This document shows positions 31,938 through 42,312 of a stretch of DNA of 64,000 nt, piece by piece. The DNA is from an uncultured Phycisphaeraceae bacterium (GTDB lineage: Bacteria > Planctomycetota > Phycisphaerae > UBA1845), in assembly GCA_964569425.1 (NCBI GenBank), contig CAZMVD010000006.1, positions 4,508 to 68,507 of the forward strand, read 5' to 3'. How positions within the stretch are numbered: position 1 is the first letter of the stretch; every line of letters starts with the position of its first letter. Position numbers and translations under genes: made by a program. The notes beneath the pieces are model-generated. The model was not told the DNA's origin, did not search any database, and worked only from the letters and a program-made list of their open reading frames with translations.

Positions 31938-34517
31938 CTAACTCAACGCCTCGCGGCGGGTGAAGGCGAGCTTCCCGGCCACAAGCAGCATCAGCCCCAG
32001 CACCACCAGTCCCCACTCCGAAACCGTGGGGATGGCGCCGACGCACCCGGGTGCAAAGACCGCGTCATCCACGCCGGGACACAGATCGTTGCAGTCGTCG
32101 ATCCCGTCGCCGTCGCTGTCGCCGGTTTCAGCTACGCCGCAACCGCAGTTGCCCGGCGCGATCTTGTTGGGATCGTTGGGGCAGCCGTCGTTGCAGTCGG
32201 CGGTGCCGTCGCCGTCGGAGTCGTCGTCGGGCGCGCCGCAGCCGCACTGGCCCGGGTTGATCTTGTTCGGATCATTCGGACAGCCGTCCTCGCAGTCGGC
32301 GGTGCCGTCACCGTCGATGTCGTCGTCCGGCGTGCCGCAACCGCAAATGCCCGGGTCGATCTTGCCCGGGTCGTTGGGGCAGCCGTCGTTGCAATCGGCA
32401 GTGCCGTCGCCGTCGGTGTCGGTATCGGGCGTGCCGCAGCCGCACTGCCCGGGAGCGAGCTTGTTCGGATCCTGCGGACATTCATCGCCGCAGGTCTCGT
32501 CCGTGCCGTCGCCGTCGGCATCCCCCTCGCAGGTGGTGCCGTCGCCGACATAGGTTCCTCCGCCGGCGGTGCAATCGGTCGGCGTCACATCCGCGGTGCA
32601 GGCGCCGTTCGTGCAGCAGGCGCCGATGCAATGAAACTCGGCATAGAAGCCGGGGCTTCCGATGTCGCCGTTGGCCGAGGCATAGGAATTCTGCGAATCA
32701 CCTACGCTCGCCAGCCGCCACAGGAAGATGTTGTCGGCGCCCACCGCATCGCGGCACGGCCAGCCGGCAAACCCGTTGGTGCGGATGGTGCCGGGGAAGA
32801 CCTGGTCCCCGTAGGTGAGCCGATCCTTGAGTACGCCGTTGCCATCGTAAAGGTTGATCTGATCTGCGCGGCCGAGGTTCACCGTGTTGGAGCCGATGAC
32901 CACGATGCCCGCAAGGCTCCAGTCGGCGATGAAGGTGGCGTCGGGGTCCTCTGCCAGGATGACGGATTGACCGGGCAGGACGACGCCGAACGCGGAAAGG
33001 TCCACGGCGCCCGGGAGGTTACTGTCGTCGTCGTAGCTCCAGCCGGTCATGTCCACCGGATTCGCGTCGAGATTGGTAAACTCGACGTATTCGCCCCCGG
33101 TGCCGGTGTACATGTATTCGGTGATTCGCACGTCGCCGTCGGCGGGCGCTGGACAGTTGGTGCTGCCGCAGTCCGTTCCGTCCCCCTGGTAGCTTCCCCC
33201 CGCCTGCGTGCATTGGGTGTATGTGACATCACTGCACAGCCCCACCGAGCAGCACGCGCCGGTGGGGATGGCGTTGCAAGATACGGCCACGTAAACGCCA
33301 GGGCTGCCAACGTCACCTTGCGACGAAGCCACCGAGCCCTGGCTGTCGCCCACGTGCGAGAATTGCCATTGGAAGATGTCGTTGGCGCCGGCCGCCTCGT
33401 CGCACGGCCAGCCGCTGATGTTCTGCGTGCGAATCGTGCCCGGAAAGTTCTGATCGCCGTAGGTGAGGCGGTCCTTGAGCGTGCCCGAGGCGTTGTAGAG
33501 GTTGATCTCGTCGTTGCGTCCCAGCCCCGCTCCGTTATTGCCAACCACCGGCACACCGACCAGTCCCCAGTCCGCGATGAAGCTCGCCGCGGGCCCTTCG
33601 ACCAGCAGGCCCGACTGGCCGGGCAGCAGCGTGCCGAGTCCGCTGAGGCTGACCGTTCCGGGAATCTGGCTGTCGTCGTCGAAGCTCCAGCCGGTCATGT
33701 TGACGGGCACGTTGTCGAAGTTGGTGAACTCGATGAATTCCGCGCCGGAGCCGGAATACATGTACTCGGTGATGCGGACGTCGCCATCCGTGGGTGCCGG
33801 GCACGAAGTCGTTAGACAGTCGGTACCGTCGCCCTCGTAGACGCCGCCGCCGTTCTCGCAATCAACCTGGGTCACCGGGTCGGAGCATACGCCCGTGGTG
33901 CAGCACGCGCCGGTCGGCGTCGCGCCGCAATTGAACAGGACGAACGCTCCGGGGCTGCCTACCGCACCCCCGGCCGACAGGAAGGAATTCTGCACATCGG
34001 CGACGGCGGAAAGCACCCACTCATACGCATCGTTCGCGCCCAGCCCCGCGGCGCACACCCACCCGCTGGGATTCTGCGTGCGTATGGACCCGGGGAAGTC
34101 CTGATCGCCGAACTGAAGCTGATCGACCAGCACGTTGGAGGCATCCCAGATATTGATGGTGTCGTTTCGTCCCAGCGCGGCCACGCCGCCGGAGCCGCCG
34201 ATGATCTTGACGCTCAGCGCCAGCCCCCACGCCGTACGAAAGGCGGCTTCCGTCGCATCGGTGATGATCACCGATTCGCCAGGCGCGACGCTGCCGAAGG
34301 CGCTCAGATCGAACGAGCCCGGCGTGTTGGAGTTGTCGTCATAACTCCAGCCGGTCATGTCGACGGCCGCGCCGCCCACGTTGGTCAGCTCGACGAACTC
34401 GCCGTCCGGCCCGGTGTACATGTACTCGGTGATGCGAATCTGCGCGACGGCACTCGACGCGCACAAGCCAAGCAGCCCCACGGCCGCCGCCAAACTCGCC
34501 CTCTTCCCTACCATCAT
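31938..34517 (-). CDS. Surface protein: 3 lamin-tail-domain modules, 4 thrombospondin-type-3-like Asp/Cys repeats, IPTL-CTERM tail
   Basis: Start MMVGKRASLAAAVGLLGLCASSAVAQ at 34517 with aggaggg upstream. LTD signatures (I/V)RITEYMY(T/S)G...E(F/Y)(V/I)E(L/F)TN...DMTGWS(Y/F)DDD occur three times. DxDGDGTADCxDGCPNDPxKIxPGxCGCG occurs four times. The protein ends AIPTVSEWGLVVLGLMLLVAGKLAFTRR. Confidence 0.88.
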   Translation of the reverse strand: MMVGKRASLAAAVGLLGLCASSAVAQIRITEYMYTGPDGEFVELTNVGGAAVDMTGWSYDDNSNTPGSFDLSAFGSVAPGESVIITDATEAAFRTAWGLALSVKIIGGSGGVAALGRNDTINIWDASNVLVDQLQFGDQDFPGSIRTQNPSGWVCAAGLGANDAYEWVLSAVADVQNSFLSAGGAVGSPGAFVLFNCGATPTGACCTTGVCSDPVTQVDCENGGGVYEGDGTDCLTTSCPAPTDGDVRITEYMYSGSGAEFIEFTNFDNVPVNMTGWSFDDDSQIPGTVSLSGLGTLLPGQSGLLVEGPAASFIADWGLVGVPVVGNNGAGLGRNDEINLYNASGTLKDRLTYGDQNFPGTIRTQNISGWPCDEAAGANDIFQWQFSHVGDSQGSVASSQGDVGSPGVYVAVSCNAIPTGACCSVGLCSDVTYTQCTQAGGSYQGDGTDCGSTNCPAPADGDVRITEYMYTGTGGEYVEFTNLDANPVDMTGWSYDDDSNLPGAVDLSAFGVVLPGQSVILAEDPDATFIADWSLAGIVVIGSNTVNLGRADQINLYDGNGVLKDRLTYGDQVFPGTIRTNGFAGWPCRDAVGADNIFLWRLASVGDSQNSYASANGDIGSPGFYAEFHCIGACCTNGACTADVTPTDCTAGGGTYVGDGTTCEGDADGDGTDETCGDECPQDPNKLAPGQCGCGTPDTDTDGDGTADCNDGCPNDPGKIDPGICGCGTPDDDIDGDGTADCEDGCPNDPNKINPGQCGCGAPDDDSDGDGTADCNDGCPNDPNKIAPGNCGCGVAETGDSDGDGIDDCNDLCPGVDDAVFAPGCVGAIPTVSEWGLVVLGLMLLVAGKLAFTRREALS

Positions 34518-34693
34518 GGTGCAGTCCCTCCTCGTTGTTTGCTGGGTTGTTTCACGGCTTCGAAGAACGCGCCCGGCCACGGGCCGCGGCCTCAACAAGC
34601 GCTTCCACACAAGAGGCGAGACGGTAACGTGTCGACGTTGGGCCTACGTCAGCGCGAAGTTAAGAAACTGTGAATTCGTGGGCGCCGCGAGAC

Positions 34694-36220
34694 TTATTCC
34701 GCCGTCGCATAATCGGAAATGTACGCTTCGGCCTCAGCCAGCAGCGCCTGTGCCTGGGAATCGGCCTTCAGTTGCCGGTACGCGTCGCGCAGGAACAGTT
34801 CCATTTCGGCGCTTTGCTCCACCAGTTCGGAAAGAAAGTCCCGGCCTTGAGTCAATCGAACTACTTCCAGGCGCGCTTCATCTCTTCGCTCCATGGCCAG
34901 CGCCGTGCGATGGGCGGCGCCGATCACCTGACCGAGGAGAGTCGACAGCGCCCGAAGTGACTCGCGCGAACGAAAGTCGGTGGAATCAAGATCCTCGCCC
35001 CAGGGGTCCTTGGTGCGGACCAGAAAGGGCCGATCGCCCATGGTCGTGTACCCCACCAGCCATTCAGGCTTGTCCGTGATGCTGGCGTGGGCATCGGCGA
35101 CGAAAGCAGCCCGATTACCTTGCGGGTCGGGAATCAGCCCGGCTCGCACCGCCGCGGGCAAGGGTTGTTCCTTGAGTTGGATGATCAACGGCTCGTCGAA
35201 ACCCTTCAGCGGGCGGTCGAGCAGCACCAGGTATTTATGCACTCCTTGGCTGCCACTGCTGCCCAAGCGCGTCCAGCGCGCGACATCAAGCACGGACTGC
35301 GACCACTCTTCTTCGGTGGAGGCGCGCCAGCGGTCGCGCGTGGTCGGCGAGCAACCGACCCGATAATAGTTCCACAGCGCCTCCACGATCTGCTTGCGAA
35401 CGTCTGCGGTCACCGGGTCCATCAGGTCGGCCGGCTTGCCTCCTTTGATGCGGGCAAGGCGAAACCGCGGCGGTGACTGGTGAATGTATTTCTCTGCATA
35501 CGACCTCGCGCGGCTCTTGCGCGCTTTTTTGAACAAGGCCGCGACAGCGCTGGAGCCGCTGATTCCCGCCGCAGCACCCCCGTCGGTGCTCACCGCCTCG
35601 ACGTATCCGCCGCAAAGGTCGCGGGTCAGGATGTTCCAGAGATCCGCGTCCAGCGAAACGCCATTGTCGGACGCGGCAAAACGCAATGCGGTGGCGGCGC
35701 GCAGCAGATCCAGGCAGAAAGGCCCTTCGAAGACTTCGTCGAGATCAACGACGCCGAAGGCGAGGTCTTCACCCGGCGCTCCGATGGACTGATAGACCCC
35801 CACATTGCCGACGTGCACATCGCCGTGCAGCAGCAGCCGGGCGGCGGGCAGGGTCATGCGTGCCGCCGACCACCTGGCGGCACGGGCGTAAAACAGATCG
35901 GCGCTCCCGCGGAAAAAAGTATACTCATCACGCATCAGACTGCGGATTTTCATGGGCAATTCACGCGGGTCCGCGGCGGAAAGGTGGGGATTCATGCCGC
36001 GAAGCCGCGCGAGGACAGACACGGTGGAGTCGGTCGTGGCGAATGGCGGCGGTGCCGGCTGCCCTACGGTCGATGGTGTGAAGGCCCCGACGAATACCGC
36101 TGCCGTCGCCAGAAACGCTGCCTTGACCAGGGTGCGAGCACGCTTGACAGCCGTATTGGCCTTCGCCGCCTGAAGGGCGCCGCGAGACCGACGAGCTGGA
36201 ATCTGATTGTTCGTTGTCAT
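34694..36220 (-). CDS. DUF2252-like protein
   Basis: MRDEYTFFRGSADLFY, LLLHGDVHVGNVGVY and FGVVDLDEVFEGPFCLDLLR resemble the DUF2252 family as I remember it. Confidence 0.6.
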   Translation of the reverse strand: MTTNNQIPARRSRGALQAAKANTAVKRARTLVKAAFLATAAVFVGAFTPSTVGQPAPPPFATTDSTVSVLARLRGMNPHLSAADPRELPMKIRSLMRDEYTFFRGSADLFYARAARWSAARMTLPAARLLLHGDVHVGNVGVYQSIGAPGEDLAFGVVDLDEVFEGPFCLDLLRAATALRFAASDNGVSLDADLWNILTRDLCGGYVEAVSTDGGAAAGISGSSAVAALFKKARKSRARSYAEKYIHQSPPRFRLARIKGGKPADLMDPVTADVRKQIVEALWNYYRVGCSPTTRDRWRASTEEEWSQSVLDVARWTRLGSSGSQGVHKYLVLLDRPLKGFDEPLIIQLKEQPLPAAVRAGLIPDPQGNRAAFVADAHASITDKPEWLVGYTTMGDRPFLVRTKDPWGEDLDSTDFRSRESLRALSTLLGQVIGAAHRTALAMERRDEARLEVVRLTQGRDFLSELVEQSAEMELFLRDAYRQLKADSQAQALLAEAEAYISDYATAE

Positions 36221-36658
36221 GGCATCACACTCCGGCGTCGCGAGTCCTTTCGAAGAAACATGCGGCGATTGGTCGGGCAGAATATCCAGGGTATGTAAAC
36301 GTTTGATGAATGTGGTGGACGGCGCGGCTCGGAGACCGCGGTGGTTCGCGGGCGGTCGCTGCGCGCCGAATGTTCCGTCGGCCTTTTCAGGCTGGTAGTT
36401 CCCTCCAATCCTTATTCACGAAAACTTAACAACCGCTTAAGCGAACTCTCACTTGAGGCGGGTACAAACCCAGCCGTTGGAGGAGGAGCGGCGGCGTACC
36501 GGGCGCCGAAGCGCTGTGCCGCGGCGCCCCTGGCATCGTAGGGCGGCGGAACGAGCGGCGAGCGTTGCGGTGAATAGCGGCGATGGGCGGCATGTTCCGA
36601 CAGCGCGATTGCCACGGATCGACTCACCGAAGCCATACTGACAAGGAAGGAACCTGAC

Positions 36659-37588
36659 TTGCGCCACAAACATTCGGCGTTCACCCTCATCGAGTTGCTC
36701 GTGGTGATTTCCATCATCGCCCTTCTCATTGCGATGCTGCTGCCCTCGCTGAACAAGGCGCGGGACAAGGCACGCGAAGTCGTTTGTGCATCCAGCCTGA
36801 GCGGCTTCGGCAAGGGCTTCCTGCTCTATGCCAATGCCAACCGGGACTACCTGTCCAGTGGTTCCTTTGATCCCGAAGTTTCCAATGGGCGCGACGGCCC
36901 GGTGGACAAGGTGGGCTGGATTCGCGACCTGGTGAAATTCCAGTATGCCGAGCCCGCCCGGCAGCTCTGTCCGGCCAACCTTGCCAAATACAACCAGAAA
37001 CTCCGGCCCGGAGCCGCGGGGCAGGACAGTTACACCGAGCAAGAAGCGATCGAGCTGATCGAGAAGGGCTACAATTCGAACTACACGCAATCCTGGTACA
37101 TGGCGCGCACCCAGTGGGACCAGAACAAGGCGCGCTCCAGCAAGAGCCCCCTGAACGTGAAGCGCACGGACACGTGCGTGGGACCCCTGCGGTCCACGGC
37201 CATGATCAACGTGTCGGCGTCCACCGTACCGCTGTTGGGCGACGGGCGAACCGACAGCGACGAGAACCTGCTGGGGGAGCGCTGCGTCAAGTCGTTGACG
37301 GACGGCCCGTTCGGCGGACCGTTCGGCATCCAGAGCTACGCCGACTTCGGACCCGCGCACGGCGTCGGTAGCTGGATACGGGGGAACAAAGGGCACAACA
37401 AGATTCGCGCGGAGGTGCTCTTCGGGGACGGACACGTCGGGGCGTTTCAGGACAACGACCGCGACGGCGAGTTCGGCATCAATACGCGGGTCAACCCGCA
37501 CGAGCAGCTTGATCTGTCGCCGACGGAGGTGTTTGACGGCATTCTGTCGATCGGTCGCCGCTCGCGCAGTCGAACGCGGCTGGAATGA
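36659..37588 (+). CDS. Prepilin-type N-terminal cleavage/methylation protein, DUF1559 (H-X9-DG) pseudopilin family
   Basis: TTG start with aaggaagg upstream. [34 protein letters not shown]-terminus and C-terminal [10 protein letters not shown]. Confidence 0.9.
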   Translation: MRHKHSAFTLIELLVVISIIALLIAMLLPSLNKARDKAREVVCASSLSGFGKGFLLYANANRDYLSSGSFDPEVSNGRDGPVDKVGWIRDLVKFQYAEPARQLCPANLAKYNQKLRPGAAGQDSYTEQEAIELIEKGYNSNYTQSWYMARTQWDQNKARSSKSPLNVKRTDTCVGPLRSTAMINVSASTVPLLGDGRTDSDENLLGERCVKSLTDGPFGGPFGIQSYADFGPAHGVGSWIRGNKGHNKIRAEVLFGDGHVGAFQDNDRDGEFGINTRVNPHEQLDLSPTEVFDGILSIGRRSRSRTRLE

Positions 37589-37665
37589 ACTGATCATTCG
37601 CCGTTCCAACTGAAATCAGAATGAGAGTGGTAGATTCCAGGGAATATCAACAGGAAGGGAATGAA

Positions 37666-40281
37666 ATGCGGAAAAAGTTACAATCGTGTTTGGTCTTGAT
37701 GGCAATTATGGTTGCCAGTCCCGCGAACGCCGTAGTGGTCATCAATGAAGTGTTCATCAATCCGCCCGGATCGCTGGATGACACCGCGGAATACATCGAG
37801 TTGATGGGCACGCCGGGCAAGAAACTCGACGGGTATGCGATTGCTTTCTTGGCCGGCGGAATGGCCAAGTATTACCCGCTCGACAGCATCCCGCCGATTC
37901 CCGGTGAGGGGGCCGGCTGCTGTCCGGAGATCGACGAGTTTTTCAGCCTCGACGGGCTCTCGCTGGGCGCCAACGGGCTGTTGGTCATCGCTCATGGAGC
38001 CGATTTCGACTATCCCACCGTGTTGTCGGATACGAACCTTCGTGCCAACTGGGAAGCCGACCCGGTCTGGAACGGCCTGCTGGATACGCCCGGCCGGCTG
38101 GAAAACGACGCATCGATGACCATCCTGCTGATCCGCAACCGGCCCGGCATCACAGAGGCCGATCCCGCCAACCCGGCCGGGTTGCGCTGGGGCAAAGATA
38201 TTGCTCACGACGCCGAATTGATCCGACCGGTGATCGATCCACAGGACGGAATGATGAAAGACCAATGGGGCGACGGCAATCTCGACAAGGGGCAGCCCAA
38301 CGGGCTGGGGGGCAATACGCTCGACTTGAAGGGAGCGCTCACCCTCGGCACGTTTGACGATCTCGAAGTCGTTGACGAAGTCAGTTACGAGAGCGAGCGC
38401 GGCTGGGAGTACGACGTGGACGGCCGCCACGTGGACGACGGAAGCAGCATCGCCGGACTTCCCTATCGGCACGTGCACGCCCTCGATGATCCGCAGGGCT
38501 TCAACCCGGATGCCTTGACCCGCGTCGACTATCGAACCAAGGGGCCGGGGTGGACGCCCGCCGCCGGCGCCACCGGCGAAATGGGCAACGGCAACAACTG
38601 GCAGGACACCGCCACCGAGCAGTGGATCCGTGGTGAATCCACGGTGTTGTTCAACCGCGCCGCCGGTTCGTTTGATTTCTATTATGACAACTCGGCCAAC
38701 ACCAACCCCGATTCCATACAGCCATTCATCGTGAACGTCCCGCTGTGGCTCAATGACGGCGTGGGAACAAACTACGACTTCACCAGTCAAACGACCTATC
38801 CCATCATGGCCGGTCGGGTGAATCCGCTGTCCATCCCCTTCATTCCGGGCGACGCCGATCGCGACGGCGACTGCGACACCGACGACATCGCCAAGATTGC
38901 CGCGGTGTTCGGCGACGACGACTGGATCTTCAGCAACAGCTTTGCCGATGCCCCCGAAGGCGACGACGGCGACCCGGCTGCGCAGACACGCCCCTGGGAT
39001 GTCGACGCCACCGGCGACAACGGCATCGAAGCCAGTGACCTGCAATGGGCGCTCAACTTCCAGGGAAGCACCAACGGGCGCGTGGTCGGCGTGCGGTATG
39101 ACAGCACCACGCCATCGGCCACCGGCGTGTTTCTCAATTCCAATGCCTCCGTCGCGTGCACCGTCACATTGTCGACCAACGTCCCGAGCGGGAATCCCCT
39201 TGACAACTTGTCGACGAGCGATGTGATCGAAGTCACGGTGAGCGGCCGCGTCACCGCCGGGGCCATTACCACGATCAACCAGCAAAACGGCATTATGCAG
39301 TATGTGCACGACGCGCTCCTGGACATGTCCGGCGTGCTGAAAATCGCCAGCGTGCAGGCGCTGAGCCCCTACAACACGACGCGCGCTTCGTTGATGACCC
39401 TGGACGGCGTCAGCGGCGATCTCGGCGCAAGGCGGATCAACGGCCATACCACGAACTTCGTTCAGGGGCTCACGTCGGCCGTTCCGCTCTATCGGATTAC
39501 GCTGCAGCCGGTGGGATTGGGAACGACCACGCTTTCCATTGCACCCGCAACGGAACCCAAGTTCGCCGCGAGTACGCCGTTTGGGTTGAAAGTGGGGCGT
39601 ACGAATCACAACGGTAACCCGTCGGGCGCCGCGTATCCGGCCGGGGTGACTTTCACCGTGACCACCAGTTCCCTGCTGGCGCCTAACGCCGAGACCGGCG
39701 GCTTCGCGAAGAACCGTTATATCTCCTTCGAGCCGAACAACGCCGGCGTGGTGGCGTTTCGCGTCACCAAGACGGGCGGCCCCGGGGCCGGCGGTGTGCT
39801 CGGATGGGTGGCGGAACCGGGCGCGGTGGACGCCGCGAAAATCGTTGCGACGCCGGTCTTCCGAGTGTGGGATGAAGCCGTCGTGCACGTGGGTGACTGC
39901 CCCGTCATTCCCCTGGCGTCCTACGAAATCGAGGCGACCACCGACGGCGTTGTGTTCAGCGATCCGCTGCCTATCGTGACCATATCGCAACCCGGTGCCG
40001 GAAAGTTCTGGGGCGATACGGTGGGGTCGTTTGATGGGTTTGAGTGGAGTGGGCCCAACGGTCTGGTCAACGCCAACGATTTCCTAGCCGCCCTGCAGAC
40101 GTTTCAGTTGCTGCCGCAAGGTCCTTCATTCTCGGTGGTCGACGTGCAATCCGTCAGCAGCATCGACCCGTGCCTCAACCGCATCGTGAACATCGCGGAT
40201 GTGTTTCTGTTGCTCCAGGCATTCCAGGGCAACACCTATCCGTTCACCACCAACCCGGGTTCCTGCCCGGTCTGCCCGTAG
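37666..40281 (+). CDS. Secreted lamin-tail-domain protein with dockerin-like repeats and shared CPxCP C-terminal domain
   Basis: Signal MRKKLQSCLVLMAIMVASPANA. LTD signature VVINEVFINPPGSLDDTAEYIELMG. Contains GDADRDGDCDTDDIAKIAAVFG. The last 189 aa are homologous to the C-terminus of the 23973-28826 protein. Confidence 0.88.
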   Translation: MRKKLQSCLVLMAIMVASPANAVVVINEVFINPPGSLDDTAEYIELMGTPGKKLDGYAIAFLAGGMAKYYPLDSIPPIPGEGAGCCPEIDEFFSLDGLSLGANGLLVIAHGADFDYPTVLSDTNLRANWEADPVWNGLLDTPGRLENDASMTILLIRNRPGITEADPANPAGLRWGKDIAHDAELIRPVIDPQDGMMKDQWGDGNLDKGQPNGLGGNTLDLKGALTLGTFDDLEVVDEVSYESERGWEYDVDGRHVDDGSSIAGLPYRHVHALDDPQGFNPDALTRVDYRTKGPGWTPAAGATGEMGNGNNWQDTATEQWIRGESTVLFNRAAGSFDFYYDNSANTNPDSIQPFIVNVPLWLNDGVGTNYDFTSQTTYPIMAGRVNPLSIPFIPGDADRDGDCDTDDIAKIAAVFGDDDWIFSNSFADAPEGDDGDPAAQTRPWDVDATGDNGIEASDLQWALNFQGSTNGRVVGVRYDSTTPSATGVFLNSNASVACTVTLSTNVPSGNPLDNLSTSDVIEVTVSGRVTAGAITTINQQNGIMQYVHDALLDMSGVLKIASVQALSPYNTTRASLMTLDGVSGDLGARRINGHTTNFVQGLTSAVPLYRITLQPVGLGTTTLSIAPATEPKFAASTPFGLKVGRTNHNGNPSGAAYPAGVTFTVTTSSLLAPNAETGGFAKNRYISFEPNNAGVVAFRVTKTGGPGAGGVLGWVAEPGAVDAAKIVATPVFRVWDEAVVHVGDCPVIPLASYEIEATTDGVVFSDPLPIVTISQPGAGKFWGDTVGSFDGFEWSGPNGLVNANDFLAALQTFQLLPQGPSFSVVDVQSVSSIDPCLNRIVNIADVFLLLQAFQGNTYPFTTNPGSCPVCP

Positions 40282-40305
40282 GAAAGCTGACTTTCACACT
40301 TTCGA

Positions 40306-40340
40306 CCGGCATCGCGCGGACCCGCCCCGCGCGATGCCGG
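40306..40340 (+). terminator. Stem-loop terminator candidate
   Basis: ccggcatcgcgcgg-acccgcc-ccgcgcgatgccgg followed by ctctgtttcc. Confidence 0.6.
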
Positions 40341-40502
40341 CTCTGTTTCCTGAACCAGCCGTTTCGCAGCAGCGCGAAGCGCCGGAAGCTATCGCCTTGA
40401 CCCGTCCCACTCCGGCGGTTGCAATGGGCGCCGCTTCGGGCGAGCGGACAGGCCAACCGATCCCGCGTCACGGTGCCGGTTCGGCCCTTGGAGAAACCAC
40501 TT

Positions 40503-41003
40503 ATGCGTTTGGGAATCATTGGAATTGTGGGCGCGGCGGCCCTGGTGCTTGGATCCGAACCGCCGGCAGCGCCCCTGAAGTTGGTCGGCGAGGCGGGCGA
40601 ATTGGGCAAGCTCTCCTGGATGGTCGGCTCGTGGATGTCCGACGCGGGCGCCCGGCAGTCGGACGAGCATTGGACCCACGCGGCGGGGGGAACGATGTTC
40701 GGCGTCAACCGCACGGTGGCCAACGGTCGCACCGTGTTCTTTGAGTACCTTCGGATCGAGAAGACGGAGTCGGGCATCGCCTACCTTGCCAGCCCGAAGG
40801 GCCGTCAGCCGCCGACGGCGTTTGCGTTGATCGAGTCGGGGGAACGGCGCGCCGTGTTCGAGAACCCGAAGCACGACTTCCCCCAGCGGATCATCTACTG
40901 GCGCGAGGGCGAAGCGCTGCGGGCGCGGATCGAAGGAACGGTCAACGGCGAGGCGAAGTCGAGCGAATGGGGATGGCGCCGCGGTACGCTCGTAGTGGAA
41001 TAG
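40503..41003 (+). CDS. Small secreted protein, DUF6265/lipocalin-like (tentative)
   Basis: Signal MRLGIIGIVGAAALVLG. Motifs WMVGSW, FFEYLRIE and ENPKHDFPQRIIYW. Confidence 0.6.
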   Translation: MRLGIIGIVGAAALVLGSEPPAAPLKLVGEAGELGKLSWMVGSWMSDAGARQSDEHWTHAAGGTMFGVNRTVANGRTVFFEYLRIEKTESGIAYLASPKGRQPPTAFALIESGERRAVFENPKHDFPQRIIYWREGEALRARIEGTVNGEAKSSEWGWRRGTLVVE

Positions 41004-41112
41004 GCGCGCCGCTCACAGGGTGCGCCACGCCGATTCGCGTGGCCGGGCGATTTCAGCGAGGCGCTGTTTCGATGGCCATCCGGAGTTTGGCGCCTTTGGT
41101 GTCGTACGACGG

Positions 41113-41877
41113 TCACCATCCCACGGCGTACCAATCGCCGCCGAGCGGGCGGACAAAGGCGTATCCCTCGCCGACCGCGGGCGGATGAGCGCGGTGCTCG
41201 AAGCCGGCACATTGCACCCGATCACCAAGCGAGAAACTGTTGCGCACGCGAAAGGCGACGTTACCGTCCCCGTGTTCAAAGACGCGCTGCACCCGGTAGA
41301 GCCCGACCTGCCGCGACCCGGTGCGCCCGCTCACACTCGCCCCCTGGGCGCGAAACTCGCCGGCCATGCGATCCAACGCCGGACGACTGACGCGAAACCG
41401 CAGCTGCAGCGGCGCCTGCGTGGCCGCCAGAATGACTACGACCAGAACGCAGCCGGGCAGCCAGCACCAACCCGCGCGCGCGTGCGATCGTGCGGTCGGG
41501 GCGTCACGCCGGGCGCGCGTACGATCCAGCCACACCGCCCCAACGCGCACCGCGTAATCGGCGACCAGCGCCAAGAGAATCCAGATGCCCGCGGCGACAA
41601 TGGCGTATCCCGGGAATCCGGGCAGCGAAAGGTCGAACACGGCCCAGGCTGCCAACAGTAATGTGGCCACTTGAAACGAAAGCGATGGGGGGCGCGCCCG
41701 GCTGCGCCAAGTGCGATCTCCTGGCCGACGTGCATAGGTGGAACGGTCCGCCGGTTCAAATGACCGGCCGCACTCCGGGCAACGCGGCTCGGGAAACCCG
41801 CGAAGGGGATACGCGCATTGCAGGCAGTATCTTCCGCTCGGCGGCGGGTCTTCGATGTTCATGGGACCTTGAACCAT
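41113..41877 (-). CDS. Membrane protein with N-terminal CxxC...CPECG zinc ribbon
   Basis: RYCLQCAYPLRGFPEPRCPECGRSF, followed by 3-4 TM segments. The start is uncertain (41877 or 41862). Confidence 0.55.
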   Translation of the reverse strand: MVQGPMNIEDPPPSGRYCLQCAYPLRGFPEPRCPECGRSFEPADRSTYARRPGDRTWRSRARPPSLSFQVATLLLAAWAVFDLSLPGFPGYAIVAAGIWILLALVADYAVRVGAVWLDRTRARRDAPTARSHARAGWCWLPGCVLVVVILAATQAPLQLRFRVSRPALDRMAGEFRAQGASVSGRTGSRQVGLYRVQRVFEHGDGNVAFRVRNSFSLGDRVQCAGFEHRAHPPAVGEGYAFVRPLGGDWYAVGW

Positions 41878-42312
41878 AGTAACGAATAGAATCGGAGGAG
41901 TAGTAGATTCGGGGATTGGGAAAATGTACCGTTCATTCTGCTGCCATGGGCGCCTTGATGCGGGTTTGCGCGGATTTGACGCTACAGATCCCGTCCCCAT
42001 CTATCGTTACGAATTAGCCATGAACGCTATTTGCGGTTCCGCGGACACGCTTGAATCGTTAAACTGTCGCCGCACCAGAATGGGGCTAAAGACCGGAATT
42101 GTTGACTTGCCAGCCCGGGATTGTGCGATAACAACGATTGTTCGCGCGGGCAGGAGCTTATTTCGGGCGGTTTTTGCACGCCGGCGACTTGTAGCCGCTT
42201 CGGAAGGAAATCGACCGATCATCATGGCCGAGGGAGAATCGGCGGCGGATTTCAGATACAATCGGGAAAGCGCCGCAGCGGCGCAGCGATCGACAGGCAG
42301 GATGACCACCAG

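Noticed and set aside
36449-39990. Minus-strand ORFs 36449-37609 (386 aa) and 37678-39990 (770 aa)
   Set aside because: They are antisense to the DUF1559 pseudopilin and the LTD protein, both of which have unmistakable signatures.
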